From a virus: a DNA stretch of 64,000 nt. This document shows positions 28,904 to 39,603 of this stretch, one piece after another. The notes below the pieces were generated by a model. It was not told the DNA's origin, searched no databases, and saw only the letters and a list, made by a program, of their open reading frames with translations. Both the position numbers and the translations under genes were made by a program. The stretch is taken from IMG/VR virus record IMGVR_UViG_3300050343_000122, positions 49,503 to 113,502 of that record; one strand, 5' to 3'. The number at the start of each line of letters is the position of its first letter. The first letter of the stretch is position 1.

Positions 28904-29679
28904 TTACAGAAACAGTAAAAACATATGAGTCCGCTGAGGACATAATGTTAAAAGCACAGGTTCCTATAGAAACTAGGACATACAAACCAATTAGTCACAG
29001 ACAATTAGTTGACTTAACTCTAGAGAGTGTACTACAGTCAGGATTCACAGTTGATAAACAAAAGTATTCAGTTGGGAGCAATGGTAATGTAGCATCCGGT
29101 AGATACACCATTTCTAATGTAAAGGATGAAGACATGCAACTACAGATTGCTTGGCAGAATAGTTATGATAGAACTACAACCTTAAAGTTTGCTATCGGTG
29201 TACAAGTATTTATATGTAGCAACGGTATGGTATCAGGAGATCATGGATCTTTCGCAGAGAAGCACATGGGAGGTATACAGCAGTTCGCAGCTAGTACTAT
29301 CACTGAGTATATCAAAAGATCAGGTGATGCGTTCACTAAAATGCAACAGGACAAAGAAGCTTTCAAAGCCCATGAGATATCTAAGGAACGCAGGGCTGAA
29401 CTATTGGGACTTATGTTCGCACATGATAAGTTTCTAAAGTCAACTCAATTGAATGCGATTCAGAGAGAGTTTACTAATCCAACACATGATTATAAATCTC
29501 CTAATACATTGTGGGAGCTCTATAACTATACAACTTTTGCAATGAAAGAGATTCATCCAACACTATGGATGAAGAATCACATTAAGTGTCATGACTTCTT
29601 TGCAGCTCAGGCTGATCTAGAACACGAGAAGATCATACACCAGATTCAACCAGCTAACCAATTAATAATGGAAATATGA
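28900..29679 (+). CDS. DUF932-like protein
   Basis: NSYD, FICSNG, LW.LYN..T. Confidence 0.7.
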   Translation: MITETVKTYESAEDIMLKAQVPIETRTYKPISHRQLVDLTLESVLQSGFTVDKQKYSVGSNGNVASGRYTISNVKDEDMQLQIAWQNSYDRTTTLKFAIGVQVFICSNGMVSGDHGSFAEKHMGGIQQFAASTITEYIKRSGDAFTKMQQDKEAFKAHEISKERRAELLGLMFAHDKFLKSTQLNAIQREFTNPTHDYKSPNTLWELYNYTTFAMKEIHPTLWMKNHIKCHDFFAAQADLEHEKIIHQIQPANQLIMEI

Positions 29680-29900
29680 CAGTTAGAAACTATATAAATA
29701 CCCTCGTAGAGATGGTAAAGAAGAATCCAGAGATAGAGCACTATGAAGTGATATATTCTGCAGACGATGAAGGCAACACCTTTCAGAAGGTAAACTTTAC
29801 ACCAACAGTAATGATAGCTGATGGTCTAGATAACGCCTATATAGAAGTTGAGTCAATAATGAATGTTGACGAAAATGCTAATGTTTTATGTATTAACTGA
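29676..29900 (+). CDS. Hypothetical protein
   Basis: 74 aa, DDEGN motif. Confidence 0.65.
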   Translation: MTVRNYINTLVEMVKKNPEIEHYEVIYSADDEGNTFQKVNFTPTVMIADGLDNAYIEVESIMNVDENANVLCIN

Positions 29901-30772
29901 TGAGAGCACTTGTAACAGGAGGAGCAGGTTTCATAGGAGGTCACGTAGTTAGAGACCTACTAGATAGAGGCCATGAGGTTATTATATTAGACAATTTCTC
30001 TACCGGTAGTATAGCTAATGTTGCTACCGGTATAGAATCCTTACACGTTTATACAATAGGGAGTGATGATCCATTTCCTGATTGTTTAAACTTTGACACA
30101 CTTATACATTTAGCAGCACCTGTGTCTGTTGAAGAGAGTATTAAAGAGCCAGTTAAGTACTATAACGAAATAGCATATGGAACAGAAAAACTATTTAAGT
30201 GGGCTACAGATTGTGGGTGTGACAAGTTTGTAGTGGCCTCAACTGCTGCAGTGTATGGTAGTACTGACAATGTACCTATTAAAGAGGAAGCTAATATATA
30301 TCCTGAGTCACCTTACGCATCAGCTAAAGCACTTATGGAATTAATGATAAGTGGTTCTTACAAAGCTGACGTAGCAATACTTAGGTTCTTTAATGTGTAT
30401 GGTGAAGGCCAAAGAAGCACTGGTGGATATTTATCAGCTATACCTATATTCAAAAAACAATATGAAAGTGGTAAATCTATAACAGTTACAGGAGATGGCG
30501 AACAAAGCAGAGACTTTGTTTATGTTGGTGATGTAGTATCAGCAATCTTTGCAGCTATTGGTAGTAACGGTACATGGAATATTGCTTCTGGTATAGAGGT
30601 TAAGATAATAAATATAGCAAAGGCTTTTGGTGATGATATAAAATTTATCAAAGCTAGAAGAGAAGTTAAAAGGTCATTAGCTAGCATAGAATCTGCTAAG
30701 TACTGGCTTAATTGGAAACCAAAAACAAAACTAGGAAACTGGATAAAATCAATAAAAGATGAATTGGGATAA
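29900..30772 (+). CDS. NAD-dependent nucleotide-sugar epimerase/dehydratase
   Basis: TGGAGFIG, HLAA, YASAK, RFFNVYG, RDFVYV.D. Confidence 0.92.
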   Translation: MRALVTGGAGFIGGHVVRDLLDRGHEVIILDNFSTGSIANVATGIESLHVYTIGSDDPFPDCLNFDTLIHLAAPVSVEESIKEPVKYYNEIAYGTEKLFKWATDCGCDKFVVASTAAVYGSTDNVPIKEEANIYPESPYASAKALMELMISGSYKADVAILRFFNVYGEGQRSTGGYLSAIPIFKKQYESGKSITVTGDGEQSRDFVYVGDVVSAIFAAIGSNGTWNIASGIEVKIINIAKAFGDDIKFIKARREVKRSLASIESAKYWLNWKPKTKLGNWIKSIKDELG

Positions 30773-31481
30773 ATTTAAACAAAACTTTCATCCTTCTTGG
30801 CATGCAAAGATGAAGCCCTTCGTAGAGAGCGAAGAGTGTGACTTGTTGTATGCACACCTGAAGAAAGAAAGTAAGAGAGGGAAGCAGGTAGCTCCTCTCT
30901 CTAGTAATGTGTGGAAAGCATTTATGCTTACACCTATGGACGATCTTAAGTTTGTGATGATGGGAATGTCTCCATATCATACGTTTAAGAATGGGTTACC
31001 GGTAGCTGATGGACTCATGATGAGCTGTTCAGTTACTGAATACCTTCAACCTTCACTGAAGCAATTGTATAAAGCTTTTGAAACTGAGTTTCACAAAGGT
31101 CTTAACCTTAGTTATGATCCTACACCTGACCTTAGTTATCTAGCTGAGCAAGGAGTGCTACTACTAAATGCTTCTTTGACTGTAGAAAAGAATAAAGCTG
31201 GTTCTCACATAGAGATATGGGAACCATTTATTAAATACTTGTTTGAGAATGTAATTGTACCACTAGGTATTCCTGTTGTGTTTCTAGGTAAAGACGCAGG
31301 CAAGTACCAAAAGTATATGGGAATATTCTCACACTCCTTTGTTGTATCGCACCCAGCCAGTGCATCATACAAAGGTATAGATTGGGACTCTGAAGGAGTA
31401 TTTAGTAAAATAGATCAATTATTAATGCAAAACAATGGATTTAGTATTGAATGGCTTAAAGATGCTGAACCACCATTTTAA
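30759..31481 (+). CDS. ung: Uracil-DNA glycosylase (family 1-like)
   Basis: GMSPYH, PSL, QGVLLLN.SLTV, GSH..W, SHPA. Confidence 0.85.
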   Translation: MNWDKFKQNFHPSWHAKMKPFVESEECDLLYAHLKKESKRGKQVAPLSSNVWKAFMLTPMDDLKFVMMGMSPYHTFKNGLPVADGLMMSCSVTEYLQPSLKQLYKAFETEFHKGLNLSYDPTPDLSYLAEQGVLLLNASLTVEKNKAGSHIEIWEPFIKYLFENVIVPLGIPVVFLGKDAGKYQKYMGIFSHSFVVSHPASASYKGIDWDSEGVFSKIDQLLMQNNGFSIEWLKDAEPPF

Positions 31482-31491
31482 AACAACAATT

Positions 31492-31845
31492 ATGAATATA
31501 GAACAGGATTTAATTACAGATTTTAGTCAACTCAAAAAAGATGATGTTGTGCTAACTAACAAAGGAGCAGAATTAGTAGTATTTAAACTTATGGAAACAC
31601 CTAGATTAAGTGCTACGAAACATCAGTACTCAGCAAATGGCTGGAACAGTAAACTGCCTAACGGTCAACCAAGAAATAGATATATTGCAGTAAGATGTAA
31701 GGTTCCTACAAGAACCAGAACCTCTACTAATGCTTCCTATACCTGGAAAGAGTACGAGTTTAGAATGCCTAGAGAAGATGATCAAGTAGAGAAGATGGAC
31801 TTTAACTATAAAAATGTTTACAGAATAAAAACAATTAATAATTAA
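31492..31845 (+). CDS. Hypothetical protein
   Basis: Start refined to MNIEQ. Confidence 0.6.
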   Translation: MNIEQDLITDFSQLKKDDVVLTNKGAELVVFKLMETPRLSATKHQYSANGWNSKLPNGQPRNRYIAVRCKVPTRTRTSTNASYTWKEYEFRMPREDDQVEKMDFNYKNVYRIKTINN

Positions 31846-31857
31846 TAAATAAGTAAA

Positions 31858-34218
31858 ATGATAATTAAAAAACAAAAGGAAGCGAAAGTTCTCCAGGTTG
31901 GAGAAACAGAAAGCAGTACTAAGATGTCGTTAGACATGGAGTCAGCTCAGATCTTAATGCAGATGTTGAGTAAGAATCTATATTCTGATGAGATTGGTTC
32001 TGCAGTGCGTGAGTGTGCAAGTAACGCACTAGACAGCCATAGAAGAGCTGGTGTAACAGATCCTATCGTAGTATCTCTACGTGTAGTAGATACAGGATGG
32101 GAGTTTAGTGTTGAAGATTTCGGAATAGGTCTGAACCATCAAGATGTAGAGAACATCATTAGTAAATATGGTAAGTCAACCAAGCGTGACAGTGCAAATG
32201 AGCTTGGTATGATGGGTCTAGGATTCAAAGCACCACTAGCCTACTGTTCTAGCTTTTATTTTATAGCTAGAAAACATGGTATGGAGCGTAAATACATGAT
32301 GTACGAAGGAGAGGAAGTAAATACTATTGACCTTTTGTACTCTAAGCCAACTTCTGAGCGTAATGGTGTTAAAGTTATTATACCTGTTAAATCTTGGGAC
32401 CAGCATGACTTCAAGACTAAAATTAAAGAGCAACTATGTTACTTTGAAAACGTGTACTTTGATGTAGAGGATATAGATAACAATTTTGTTATACATAGAA
32501 GTGAATACTATCAGTTCTCAGAGCTATGTAATGAAACTGAGATGCATGCTTGTTTAGATAATGTTTATTATCCTATTGATTGGTCTAAGTTAGACATGGA
32601 TAGAATCAGAATGCCTCTTGGTCTTCGGTTTAGTCTTACTGATAATTTATTCCCAACACCAAATAGAGAAGCTCTTAGATATACACCTGAGGCCAAAGAG
32701 GTTATTAAGTCAAGAATTCAGGACGTAGCTAATCACTTTGTAGACAAGTATAACGAAAGTGTTGAAACAGGGACAGACCTGAAGTCTTTATATGAATATT
32801 ATAACAATAAAGAAAGATACATTAAACACCTAGGTTCAAATTTGAACATCAGTGAGTTAATTAAGTATTCTAACAAGACAATTGTAAAACCAGATATGGT
32901 TGGTCTTAATTCTATGACGTTTGAAGATTTGTATAACGTTAAAGACCATTGGCTCAACTGCTTCAATGTGAAGTTTACGATGAAAAATAGTAAATTACAT
33001 AATGCTGATAAAACATATGTAAGTAACTGGAGCATAGGTAGACTTATTGGAGCTGCAAGTAGATATAATTCATCACCTCAGCCTTTGACAGTTTATTACT
33101 ATGCAGATCGAGTTGGTGGTGTAATGAAAGACTATTTAAGGTCTCAACATTCCAATGATGTGATGCTTGTTAAAATTAAGACAGACGAGATTCCTATGTT
33201 TGCTTCATCGACTCTTGACCCTATAACCTGGGAAAGGGTTCTTAAATTAACTAGCGAACCAAAAGATCAATGGCCTCTTAAGATAGCTGACTTTAAGACT
33301 CTTATTAATCTAATTACTGAAGATTGGATAGATCTAGACTCTATGGTAGTCCCTCAAGACTTTTTAGATGCTAGAAAGAAGAAAAAGATACAGAACAAAT
33401 CAAATAAGCCTGGATTAAAAGGTGACTCTGGAAGACGTAAAGTATCAGGTGAGATGAGTTGTAAACAAGCCGTTGATCTTCTTAGATATAACGATGGTAG
33501 AAACTGTAAGTTTGAGTCTAATATATATGACCTAAAGAGACTAATGAAAGGTGGTAAGTATTTTATTTATACTGAACATGAGAACTTTCTTGATTTAGAT
33601 GCATTATACAAACATATAAATCACGACACTACCAAACTTATTACTTTATCTCCTAGAGAAAAAGGTCAAATAGAAAAACTAGAAATACATAATTTAATAT
33701 CATATGAAGAATTCATGAAAGGGAAAACTAAAACGTTCAAGAGGATTGTAACCTCAGCAAAGATAGATACGTTTATTAATAAGTATTCAGATATCTTTGA
33801 GCATAGGAACACAACAATAAAGAAAGCTTCTAGCGATCTTTCTATTAAGTTGAACAACTTGGCGATCTATAGAGACAAACATTACAGAAGCCATGGATGG
33901 GGTGACCGTGAGAAAAGACTCTATGAAGCTATGTATGCTGTTGCAGATAAACATGATCTATATGATATGAAAATTTATCCAGAGTTCTTAGCTATGGAAG
34001 AATTAATAACTAATACTATACCTTGGTTAGATATTCTACTCCGTAGATTTCATACAGCGAATAATGATGAAGATAACAAGATGCAGGTGTCTGTACTTGT
34101 AGACATGATGAAATATTACAAACAGAAAGTAGAACTTGAGCACTATATTACTATAACAGATGAAACAGAAGATTTAGAACCTGTTACTGATGAGCTAGTA
34201 AGAGAATCAATATTTTAA
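31858..34218 (+). CDS. rIIA: rIIA-like GHKL ATPase
   Basis: RE..SNA.D, D.G.G, STK, G..GLG.K, PNRE.L.Y. Confidence 0.8.
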   Translation: MIIKKQKEAKVLQVGETESSTKMSLDMESAQILMQMLSKNLYSDEIGSAVRECASNALDSHRRAGVTDPIVVSLRVVDTGWEFSVEDFGIGLNHQDVENIISKYGKSTKRDSANELGMMGLGFKAPLAYCSSFYFIARKHGMERKYMMYEGEEVNTIDLLYSKPTSERNGVKVIIPVKSWDQHDFKTKIKEQLCYFENVYFDVEDIDNNFVIHRSEYYQFSELCNETEMHACLDNVYYPIDWSKLDMDRIRMPLGLRFSLTDNLFPTPNREALRYTPEAKEVIKSRIQDVANHFVDKYNESVETGTDLKSLYEYYNNKERYIKHLGSNLNISELIKYSNKTIVKPDMVGLNSMTFEDLYNVKDHWLNCFNVKFTMKNSKLHNADKTYVSNWSIGRLIGAASRYNSSPQPLTVYYYADRVGGVMKDYLRSQHSNDVMLVKIKTDEIPMFASSTLDPITWERVLKLTSEPKDQWPLKIADFKTLINLITEDWIDLDSMVVPQDFLDARKKKKIQNKSNKPGLKGDSGRRKVSGEMSCKQAVDLLRYNDGRNCKFESNIYDLKRLMKGGKYFIYTEHENFLDLDALYKHINHDTTKLITLSPREKGQIEKLEIHNLISYEEFMKGKTKTFKRIVTSAKIDTFINKYSDIFEHRNTTIKKASSDLSIKLNNLAIYRDKHYRSHGWGDREKRLYEAMYAVADKHDLYDMKIYPEFLAMEELITNTIPWLDILLRRFHTANNDEDNKMQVSVLVDMMKYYKQKVELEHYITITDETEDLEPVTDELVRESIF

Positions 34219-34245
34219 TAATTAATAATAAATAAATAAATAAGT

Positions 34246-35697
34246 ATGAGCAGTAAATTTATGTCTCTTGATTGGTTCAAGGGAAGGGTAGAAAATTCTA
34301 TCGACAGAGTAATAGCTAAAAAGCTAGATGATGTTATGGGTGAAGATAATTCTTCATCCATAGACATTCGTAAGATTAAGTTAGTTAACGATCAGCTAAC
34401 TGTAGTACTAAGTGATGGTAAAATGTTTACTAAAACTGACGCTAATGAGTGTGACTTTGATTCTGCACAGAATGCAACAACAGAACAACAACTGGAATGC
34501 ATTATGATGACTAGCGAAGTTGCTGACCAGAAAGAACAACAACGTAGAGATATCGAAAGAAATAAAGCTATGCAAATAGGTATCGATGCACTAGTTGAAC
34601 TTGATGACTTTAGAAGAGAAGGTGACAGTTGTTATCTATCAGGCACTAACAGAACTCTACCTGGTTTGTTAGTAGAGAAGTTTATTGAAGTGGTATATAG
34701 AATCAAGCAGAACCGCAGTGAATACAATTCACTACAAGAGCTTTGTGATAAAGATGATGAGTATCAATCTCTAAAGAACTTCTTTATGTGGTGTTGTCTG
34801 AATCCAAGAGCTGAGGTAGCTAATGAACTATATAGGTTCCTGCATGAAAACAGTTTCAGAATAACTAAGCAAGGGTTCTTTGTAGCATTGCGTAATGTAG
34901 TAACGTTACACGGTAGTCCAGAGCTTGTACACTTTATATCTAATACATATAATAAGGTGAAAGCTGTATGGGGTAATGATCCGGATGACTACACTGTCTT
35001 TATGGAGGAAGGTGAATACAAGATTGTTCACAAGAACGGTCTGTATGAAACCAAAACCGAGTTAATTGAAGAAGAGTGGGATGATTATGAAGAGTGCTAT
35101 ATAGAGTGCGAACCATATGAGAATAGTTACGAAGTTCCTATTGAGTATGGTGAGAAGATAGGTAATCTTACAGAGTTGTATCTTGATTTACCTAATAGAC
35201 ATGAGAACAGATTCACTGATGATTGGACTAAGACGTTTGACATCAGAATTGGTAAGCCTGTTAACATGCCTAAGGAAGAGTGTAACTGGTCAACACAGGA
35301 TTGTGCTGCAGCTGGTTTACACTTTACTTCTGATCAAATACACTATGTAGGATGTGGTGATCAATCTGTTCTAGTTCTAATTAATCCAATGAAAGTTGTT
35401 GGTATTGGTGAACATAAAGGTAGATGCTATGAGTATCTTCCAATTATGACTGTACCAAGAGAAGAGGCCACAAGTATATTACATGACTTGAGGTTTGATA
35501 CTCTACAATTGGATGAAGGTTACGCTATTAGAGAGCTTGATAATCTAGAGGAGAAAGCCAAAGAAGGCTTTACTACTGAGGTAAGTAAACATGAGTTTAA
35601 TATACCTCATACAACTTATACTGAAATTAAAGATGTTGTTGCTAGTCTTAGCAAAATGAAAGACACAATTAGTGACAGAGTAAGTGCAATAGAGTAG
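34246..35697 (+). CDS. rIIB: rIIB-like protein
   Basis: IT.QG.F, C..GLH, INP..VV.I, KGRC.EY; follows rIIA. Confidence 0.75.
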   Translation: MSSKFMSLDWFKGRVENSIDRVIAKKLDDVMGEDNSSSIDIRKIKLVNDQLTVVLSDGKMFTKTDANECDFDSAQNATTEQQLECIMMTSEVADQKEQQRRDIERNKAMQIGIDALVELDDFRREGDSCYLSGTNRTLPGLLVEKFIEVVYRIKQNRSEYNSLQELCDKDDEYQSLKNFFMWCCLNPRAEVANELYRFLHENSFRITKQGFFVALRNVVTLHGSPELVHFISNTYNKVKAVWGNDPDDYTVFMEEGEYKIVHKNGLYETKTELIEEEWDDYEECYIECEPYENSYEVPIEYGEKIGNLTELYLDLPNRHENRFTDDWTKTFDIRIGKPVNMPKEECNWSTQDCAAAGLHFTSDQIHYVGCGDQSVLVLINPMKVVGIGEHKGRCYEYLPIMTVPREEATSILHDLRFDTLQLDEGYAIRELDNLEEKAKEGFTTEVSKHEFNIPHTTYTEIKDVVASLSKMKDTISDRVSAIE

Positions 35698-35708
35698 TTT
35701 TAATTAAG

Positions 35709-35745
35709 GTGATGTCTCATTTATTTATTATATTTGGGACATCAC
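35709..35745 (+). promoter_or_regulatory. -7 promoter box inside an inverted repeat
   Basis: GTGATGTC...TATATTTG...GACATCAC. Confidence 0.5.
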
Positions 35746-35762
35746 TAATTAAAAACAACAAC

Positions 35763-36158
35763 ATGGCAGTTAAAAAACCAAGAGTACCACGCACACGAAA
35801 TGCTGGTACTATGACAGAAGCAGCTTTCTGGTCTATGATCAGAAGTGCTTTAAGACAGAAGAGTAGATGGTGGAAACCTATTGCTGAATGTAAAAAACTT
35901 GCTAGAAGGATTAGTAAATCCAAGAACAAGCGACAAAAGTGGGAGTATCAATGCAAAAAATGCAGTAAATGGTACAAAAGTGATCAAGTTAATGTTGATC
36001 ATATCGAACAAGCAGGAAGCCTAAGATCATATGACGACTTACCGGGATTTGTAGAAACATTATTCTGTGAACAGGATAATCTACAGGTGCTTTGTAAATC
36101 ATGTCATGATGAGAAAACCAAACTCGAAATACAATTAAAGAAATTTAAACAGAAATAA
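35763..36158 (+). CDS. HNH / endonuclease VII-like nuclease
   Basis: CKKC...VDH...NLQVLCKSCH. Confidence 0.85.
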   Translation: MAVKKPRVPRTRNAGTMTEAAFWSMIRSALRQKSRWWKPIAECKKLARRISKSKNKRQKWEYQCKKCSKWYKSDQVNVDHIEQAGSLRSYDDLPGFVETLFCEQDNLQVLCKSCHDEKTKLEIQLKKFKQK

Positions 36159-37195
36159 TGATACAAGGGACAACAAAAACAGAAGAACTATACAGAGCTG
36201 TGATGCTGGATAGTTCTAGCTCATTGAAGGACTTTTCAATGGACAGAAAGAAATATCACAGAAAACATATATTAAATGAAGACGTTAAAGAGAAAGACTC
36301 TGTAGCTGCAAACTTAGGTAGACTAGTAGAAACTATGCTATGGGAGCCAGAGCTATTTGATGACAAGTTCTTTATGTCAACAGTTGCATACATTCCTACA
36401 GGACTTATGTTAGAGTTTGTGGAGCGTTTATATGAAGTAACACTAGATTCTACAGATGAGTCAGGTAACATATCTCGTAGCTTTACAGAGCTAGCAGAGG
36501 AAGCATACACACTATCATCTTTTAAGATTAAGTTTGAGCAAGTGCTCAAGAAGTTTATAGGTTCTGATGCAGAGTTGTACTACAATGAGATACGCCAGGT
36601 ACGTTCTAAGAACTTAACTGTGGTGGACACACAACAAGTAGCTACAGCTGAGAGAATTATAGAGACACTAAAGACTGACCCTAACGTTAAGCATGTAGTT
36701 AACTGTGTAACAAGTCAAAGATATGATGTCAAAGATCAAATGCAGGTAGAAGACTATGCTGTGGATGGCCATCAGTTTAAATCTATGATGGACCGTGTTA
36801 TAGTAGATCATGAAGAAATGACAATTCAAGTGTATGATTTAAAATGTACGTGGAATGTTGAGAACTTCTATGAGGAATACTATTTGTATAGAAGAGCTTA
36901 TATTCAAGCCTATCTTTATATGAGAGCAGCAGAGTGGATGTTTAGAGAACATGTTGATTACACTGTCTTAGAACCTATATTCTTGGTTTGTGATAGTGCA
37001 AACTACTTTAGACCATTGCTTTATGAAGTTAGTAGTGCTAATTTATATGATGCATATAATGGATTTGAACACAAGGGTAGAAAGTATCCTGGTGTGAAAG
37101 ATCTTATAGAGGATCTTAAATGGGCTCATGAAAATAATATATGGAATATTTCAAAAGAAAACTTAAATAATAATGGAACAGCAATTTTAAGATGA
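36158..37195 (+). CDS. PD-(D/E)xK exonuclease
   Basis: SSSSLK, KSMMD, DLK, Q...Y. Confidence 0.75.
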   Translation: MIQGTTKTEELYRAVMLDSSSSLKDFSMDRKKYHRKHILNEDVKEKDSVAANLGRLVETMLWEPELFDDKFFMSTVAYIPTGLMLEFVERLYEVTLDSTDESGNISRSFTELAEEAYTLSSFKIKFEQVLKKFIGSDAELYYNEIRQVRSKNLTVVDTQQVATAERIIETLKTDPNVKHVVNCVTSQRYDVKDQMQVEDYAVDGHQFKSMMDRVIVDHEEMTIQVYDLKCTWNVENFYEEYYLYRRAYIQAYLYMRAAEWMFREHVDYTVLEPIFLVCDSANYFRPLLYEVSSANLYDAYNGFEHKGRKYPGVKDLIEDLKWAHENNIWNISKENLNNNGTAILR

Positions 37196-37761
37196 AAAAA
37201 ACAATAACCACTATCTTTATGGTTCCAACATTGAATATACCTAAGGGGGCACTACGCCTTCTTGGGTTTATTAATGCATACCAACTGGACATGGACCGAG
37301 AGTTAGATTATGGTGAAAATAATGTAATTTACCTTCTCTTTAAGCCGGAAGACATGAGTTACTTCAGGGAGTTTCTAGATGCTGAGTATCAAAGGACCAG
37401 CAAAATTATAGAAGACTATGATTATCCTGAAGGCTATGTGATTCTGATTTATAAGCTTGATGACAAGTGGAAGAGAGATTTTAAATTAATTAAAGCCGGT
37501 AAATATTCTACTACATCTCCTGGTTTTCAAAAGATGTTTCCTAAAGTAATCAAGATAATGAAGAACGGCTTACACAAAGATGAGATCAGTCTTCAGTATA
37601 GAGTGTTTAATAAAACACCGGATCTTGTAGAGTTTTGGGAAAAGAAACTAGGAATAGAATGGTCAGATGACATGGAGGTTTGGAGTGGATGGGACGAAGC
37701 CACAGAGATATTAAACATGATGGAAATTAAAAACAAAGAAAATGAAACAGCAAATAATTAA
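37192..37761 (+). CDS. Hypothetical protein
   Basis: 189-aa coupled ORF. Confidence 0.65.
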   Translation: MKKTITTIFMVPTLNIPKGALRLLGFINAYQLDMDRELDYGENNVIYLLFKPEDMSYFREFLDAEYQRTSKIIEDYDYPEGYVILIYKLDDKWKRDFKLIKAGKYSTTSPGFQKMFPKVIKIMKNGLHKDEISLQYRVFNKTPDLVEFWEKKLGIEWSDDMEVWSGWDEATEILNMMEIKNKENETANN

Positions 37762-38152
37762 ATTATTAAACAAGAACCCCCACTCAACTAAAGAGGTGCA
37801 GGCTTGGTTCTTGAACAATCTACTAAAGACAGTAGATGATGATATGCCAGAGGAGTTCAAAGAGTTTGTTAAAGCTCAACAGATAGACGATGATAAGTTA
37901 GCTACAATGATCAAAGAATCCCCACGAGGTTTACTAGATGTATTTGACGAGCATGAGATTTATATAAACGTTGTGTATCAAGATGAAGTAGGTTTTGTTT
38001 GGCACCTGGGACACCCATACAGTGAGGGTGGAGCTAGCGTTCCTTACAACACACGTAAGAAGGCTGAGCATAAAGCTATATTTAAGGCCATTGAAATTCT
38101 TGATAACAAATTAAAACCTAAGAAAGATGAAAAAACCAAAGAAAAAAGTTAG
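37742..38152 (+). CDS. Hypothetical protein
   Basis: 136-aa ORF. Confidence 0.65.
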   Translation: MKQQIIKLLNKNPHSTKEVQAWFLNNLLKTVDDDMPEEFKEFVKAQQIDDDKLATMIKESPRGLLDVFDEHEIYINVVYQDEVGFVWHLGHPYSEGGASVPYNTRKKAEHKAIFKAIEILDNKLKPKKDEKTKEKS

Positions 38153-38309
38153 GTCATTAGCTAAAATTGTTTTAGATTTGCTAGCCGCAGAATTGATTAA
38201 TAAAGATGAGGCTTTGACTCTTCTTAATCAAGGCGATCCTATTCGATCTCCAGGTGGGTGGTGTACAACTTGCACACACGATATAAACATCCACTATGAG
38301 AACAATTGA
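38127..38309 (+). CDS. Hypothetical protein
   Basis: 60 aa, overlaps both neighbours. Confidence 0.5.
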   Translation: MKKPKKKVRSLAKIVLDLLAAELINKDEALTLLNQGDPIRSPGGWCTTCTHDINIHYENN

Positions 38310-38628
38310 AGAATTTAACGGAGTATGGCATCTCATCATTGATGGGCCAGGACTAGGTATTGATGTACCTCAAGTTGTTGCGTTTATGAATAACGTAATG
38401 GATGACCTTTCTACTATAGAAGGATTTAGACTTAAAGAAGTTTCTACAGTACGTGGAATTCCTAGAGTGCAGAGCAATTTGTCTGACATTATGCCTTGGG
38501 TAGCTAGAGTTATTCATGCAGAGATCGAAGAAAAACTTATGATGATACTGAAAGTAGAGTTTGAGTTGGAACAAAGATTACAATCAATTGGATTAAATAT
38601 TAATGGTAAACCCCTACAACATGAATAA
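38296..38628 (+). CDS. Hypothetical protein
   Basis: 110-aa ORF. Confidence 0.6.
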   Translation: MRTIEEFNGVWHLIIDGPGLGIDVPQVVAFMNNVMDDLSTIEGFRLKEVSTVRGIPRVQSNLSDIMPWVARVIHAEIEEKLMMILKVEFELEQRLQSIGLNINGKPLQHE

Positions 38629-39601
38629 GAACATTTTCAAACCTAGAGTAAATATACTTCCCTACGAATACCCACAGCTGTTAGCTTATAAGGATGCAAT
38701 TAGACATTCTTATTGGATTGACACAGAGTTTAACTTTACTGAAGATATACAAGACTTCAAGATTACAATTAGTGATCAAGAACGTGATGTTATCAAAAAA
38801 ACTATGCTTGCTATAGCACAGATAGAAGTAAACGTTAAAACATTTTGGGGTGATTTGTATAAACGTATGCCAATTACAGAGATAGGTGATGTAGGATTTA
38901 CATTTGCAGAGTCTGAGGTTAGACATAAAGATGCATATGCAAGACTGTTGCGTATACTTGGTTTAGAGAAGGAGTTCGAGAATGTAGTAGAGGTGCCAGC
39001 TATAGCTAATAGAATTAAGTACTTAAAGAAGTATCTAAATGGTGCACGCTCTAAAGACGACAAAATGTATACTAAGTCTGTTTTACTGTTCTCTTTATTT
39101 ATAGAACACGTAAGTCTGTTTAGTCAGTTTCTAATTATGATGAGCTTTAACAAAGATCGGAATGTACTTAAGGGTATATCTAATGTTGTTGAGGCGACTA
39201 GTAAAGAAGAAGAAATACATGGTAACTTTGGAGCTGAGATCATTAACATTATAAAGAAAGAGAACCCAGATTGGTTCAATGATGAGTTTAAGGAACTAAT
39301 ATATTCTGCGTGTAAGAAAGCTTATATAGCAGAGTGTGGTATACTTGACTGGATATTTGAGAAGGGTGAACTATGGTTTCTTCCAAAGGAAACTATACAA
39401 CATTTTATAATGAACAGATTTAACAATTCACTGAGAAAGATTGGTATGGACCCATTGTTTGAAGTTGATGACAATTTATTAGAGTCAACAAAATGGTTTG
39501 ATATAGAAATAACTTCTACTAAGGAGGGAGATTTCTTTTACAAGAAGTCCGTGGATTACAATAAGAAAAGCAAAAGTATAACAGAAGACGATTTATTTTA
39601 A
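38621..39601 (+). CDS. nrdB: Ribonucleotide reductase class Ia beta subunit
   Basis: EVRH..AY, EEIH, DFF.K...DY.K. Confidence 0.92.
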   Translation: MNKNIFKPRVNILPYEYPQLLAYKDAIRHSYWIDTEFNFTEDIQDFKITISDQERDVIKKTMLAIAQIEVNVKTFWGDLYKRMPITEIGDVGFTFAESEVRHKDAYARLLRILGLEKEFENVVEVPAIANRIKYLKKYLNGARSKDDKMYTKSVLLFSLFIEHVSLFSQFLIMMSFNKDRNVLKGISNVVEATSKEEEIHGNFGAEIINIIKKENPDWFNDEFKELIYSACKKAYIAECGILDWIFEKGELWFLPKETIQHFIMNRFNNSLRKIGMDPLFEVDDNLLESTKWFDIEITSTKEGDFFYKKSVDYNKKSKSITEDDLF

Positions 39602-39603
39602 TT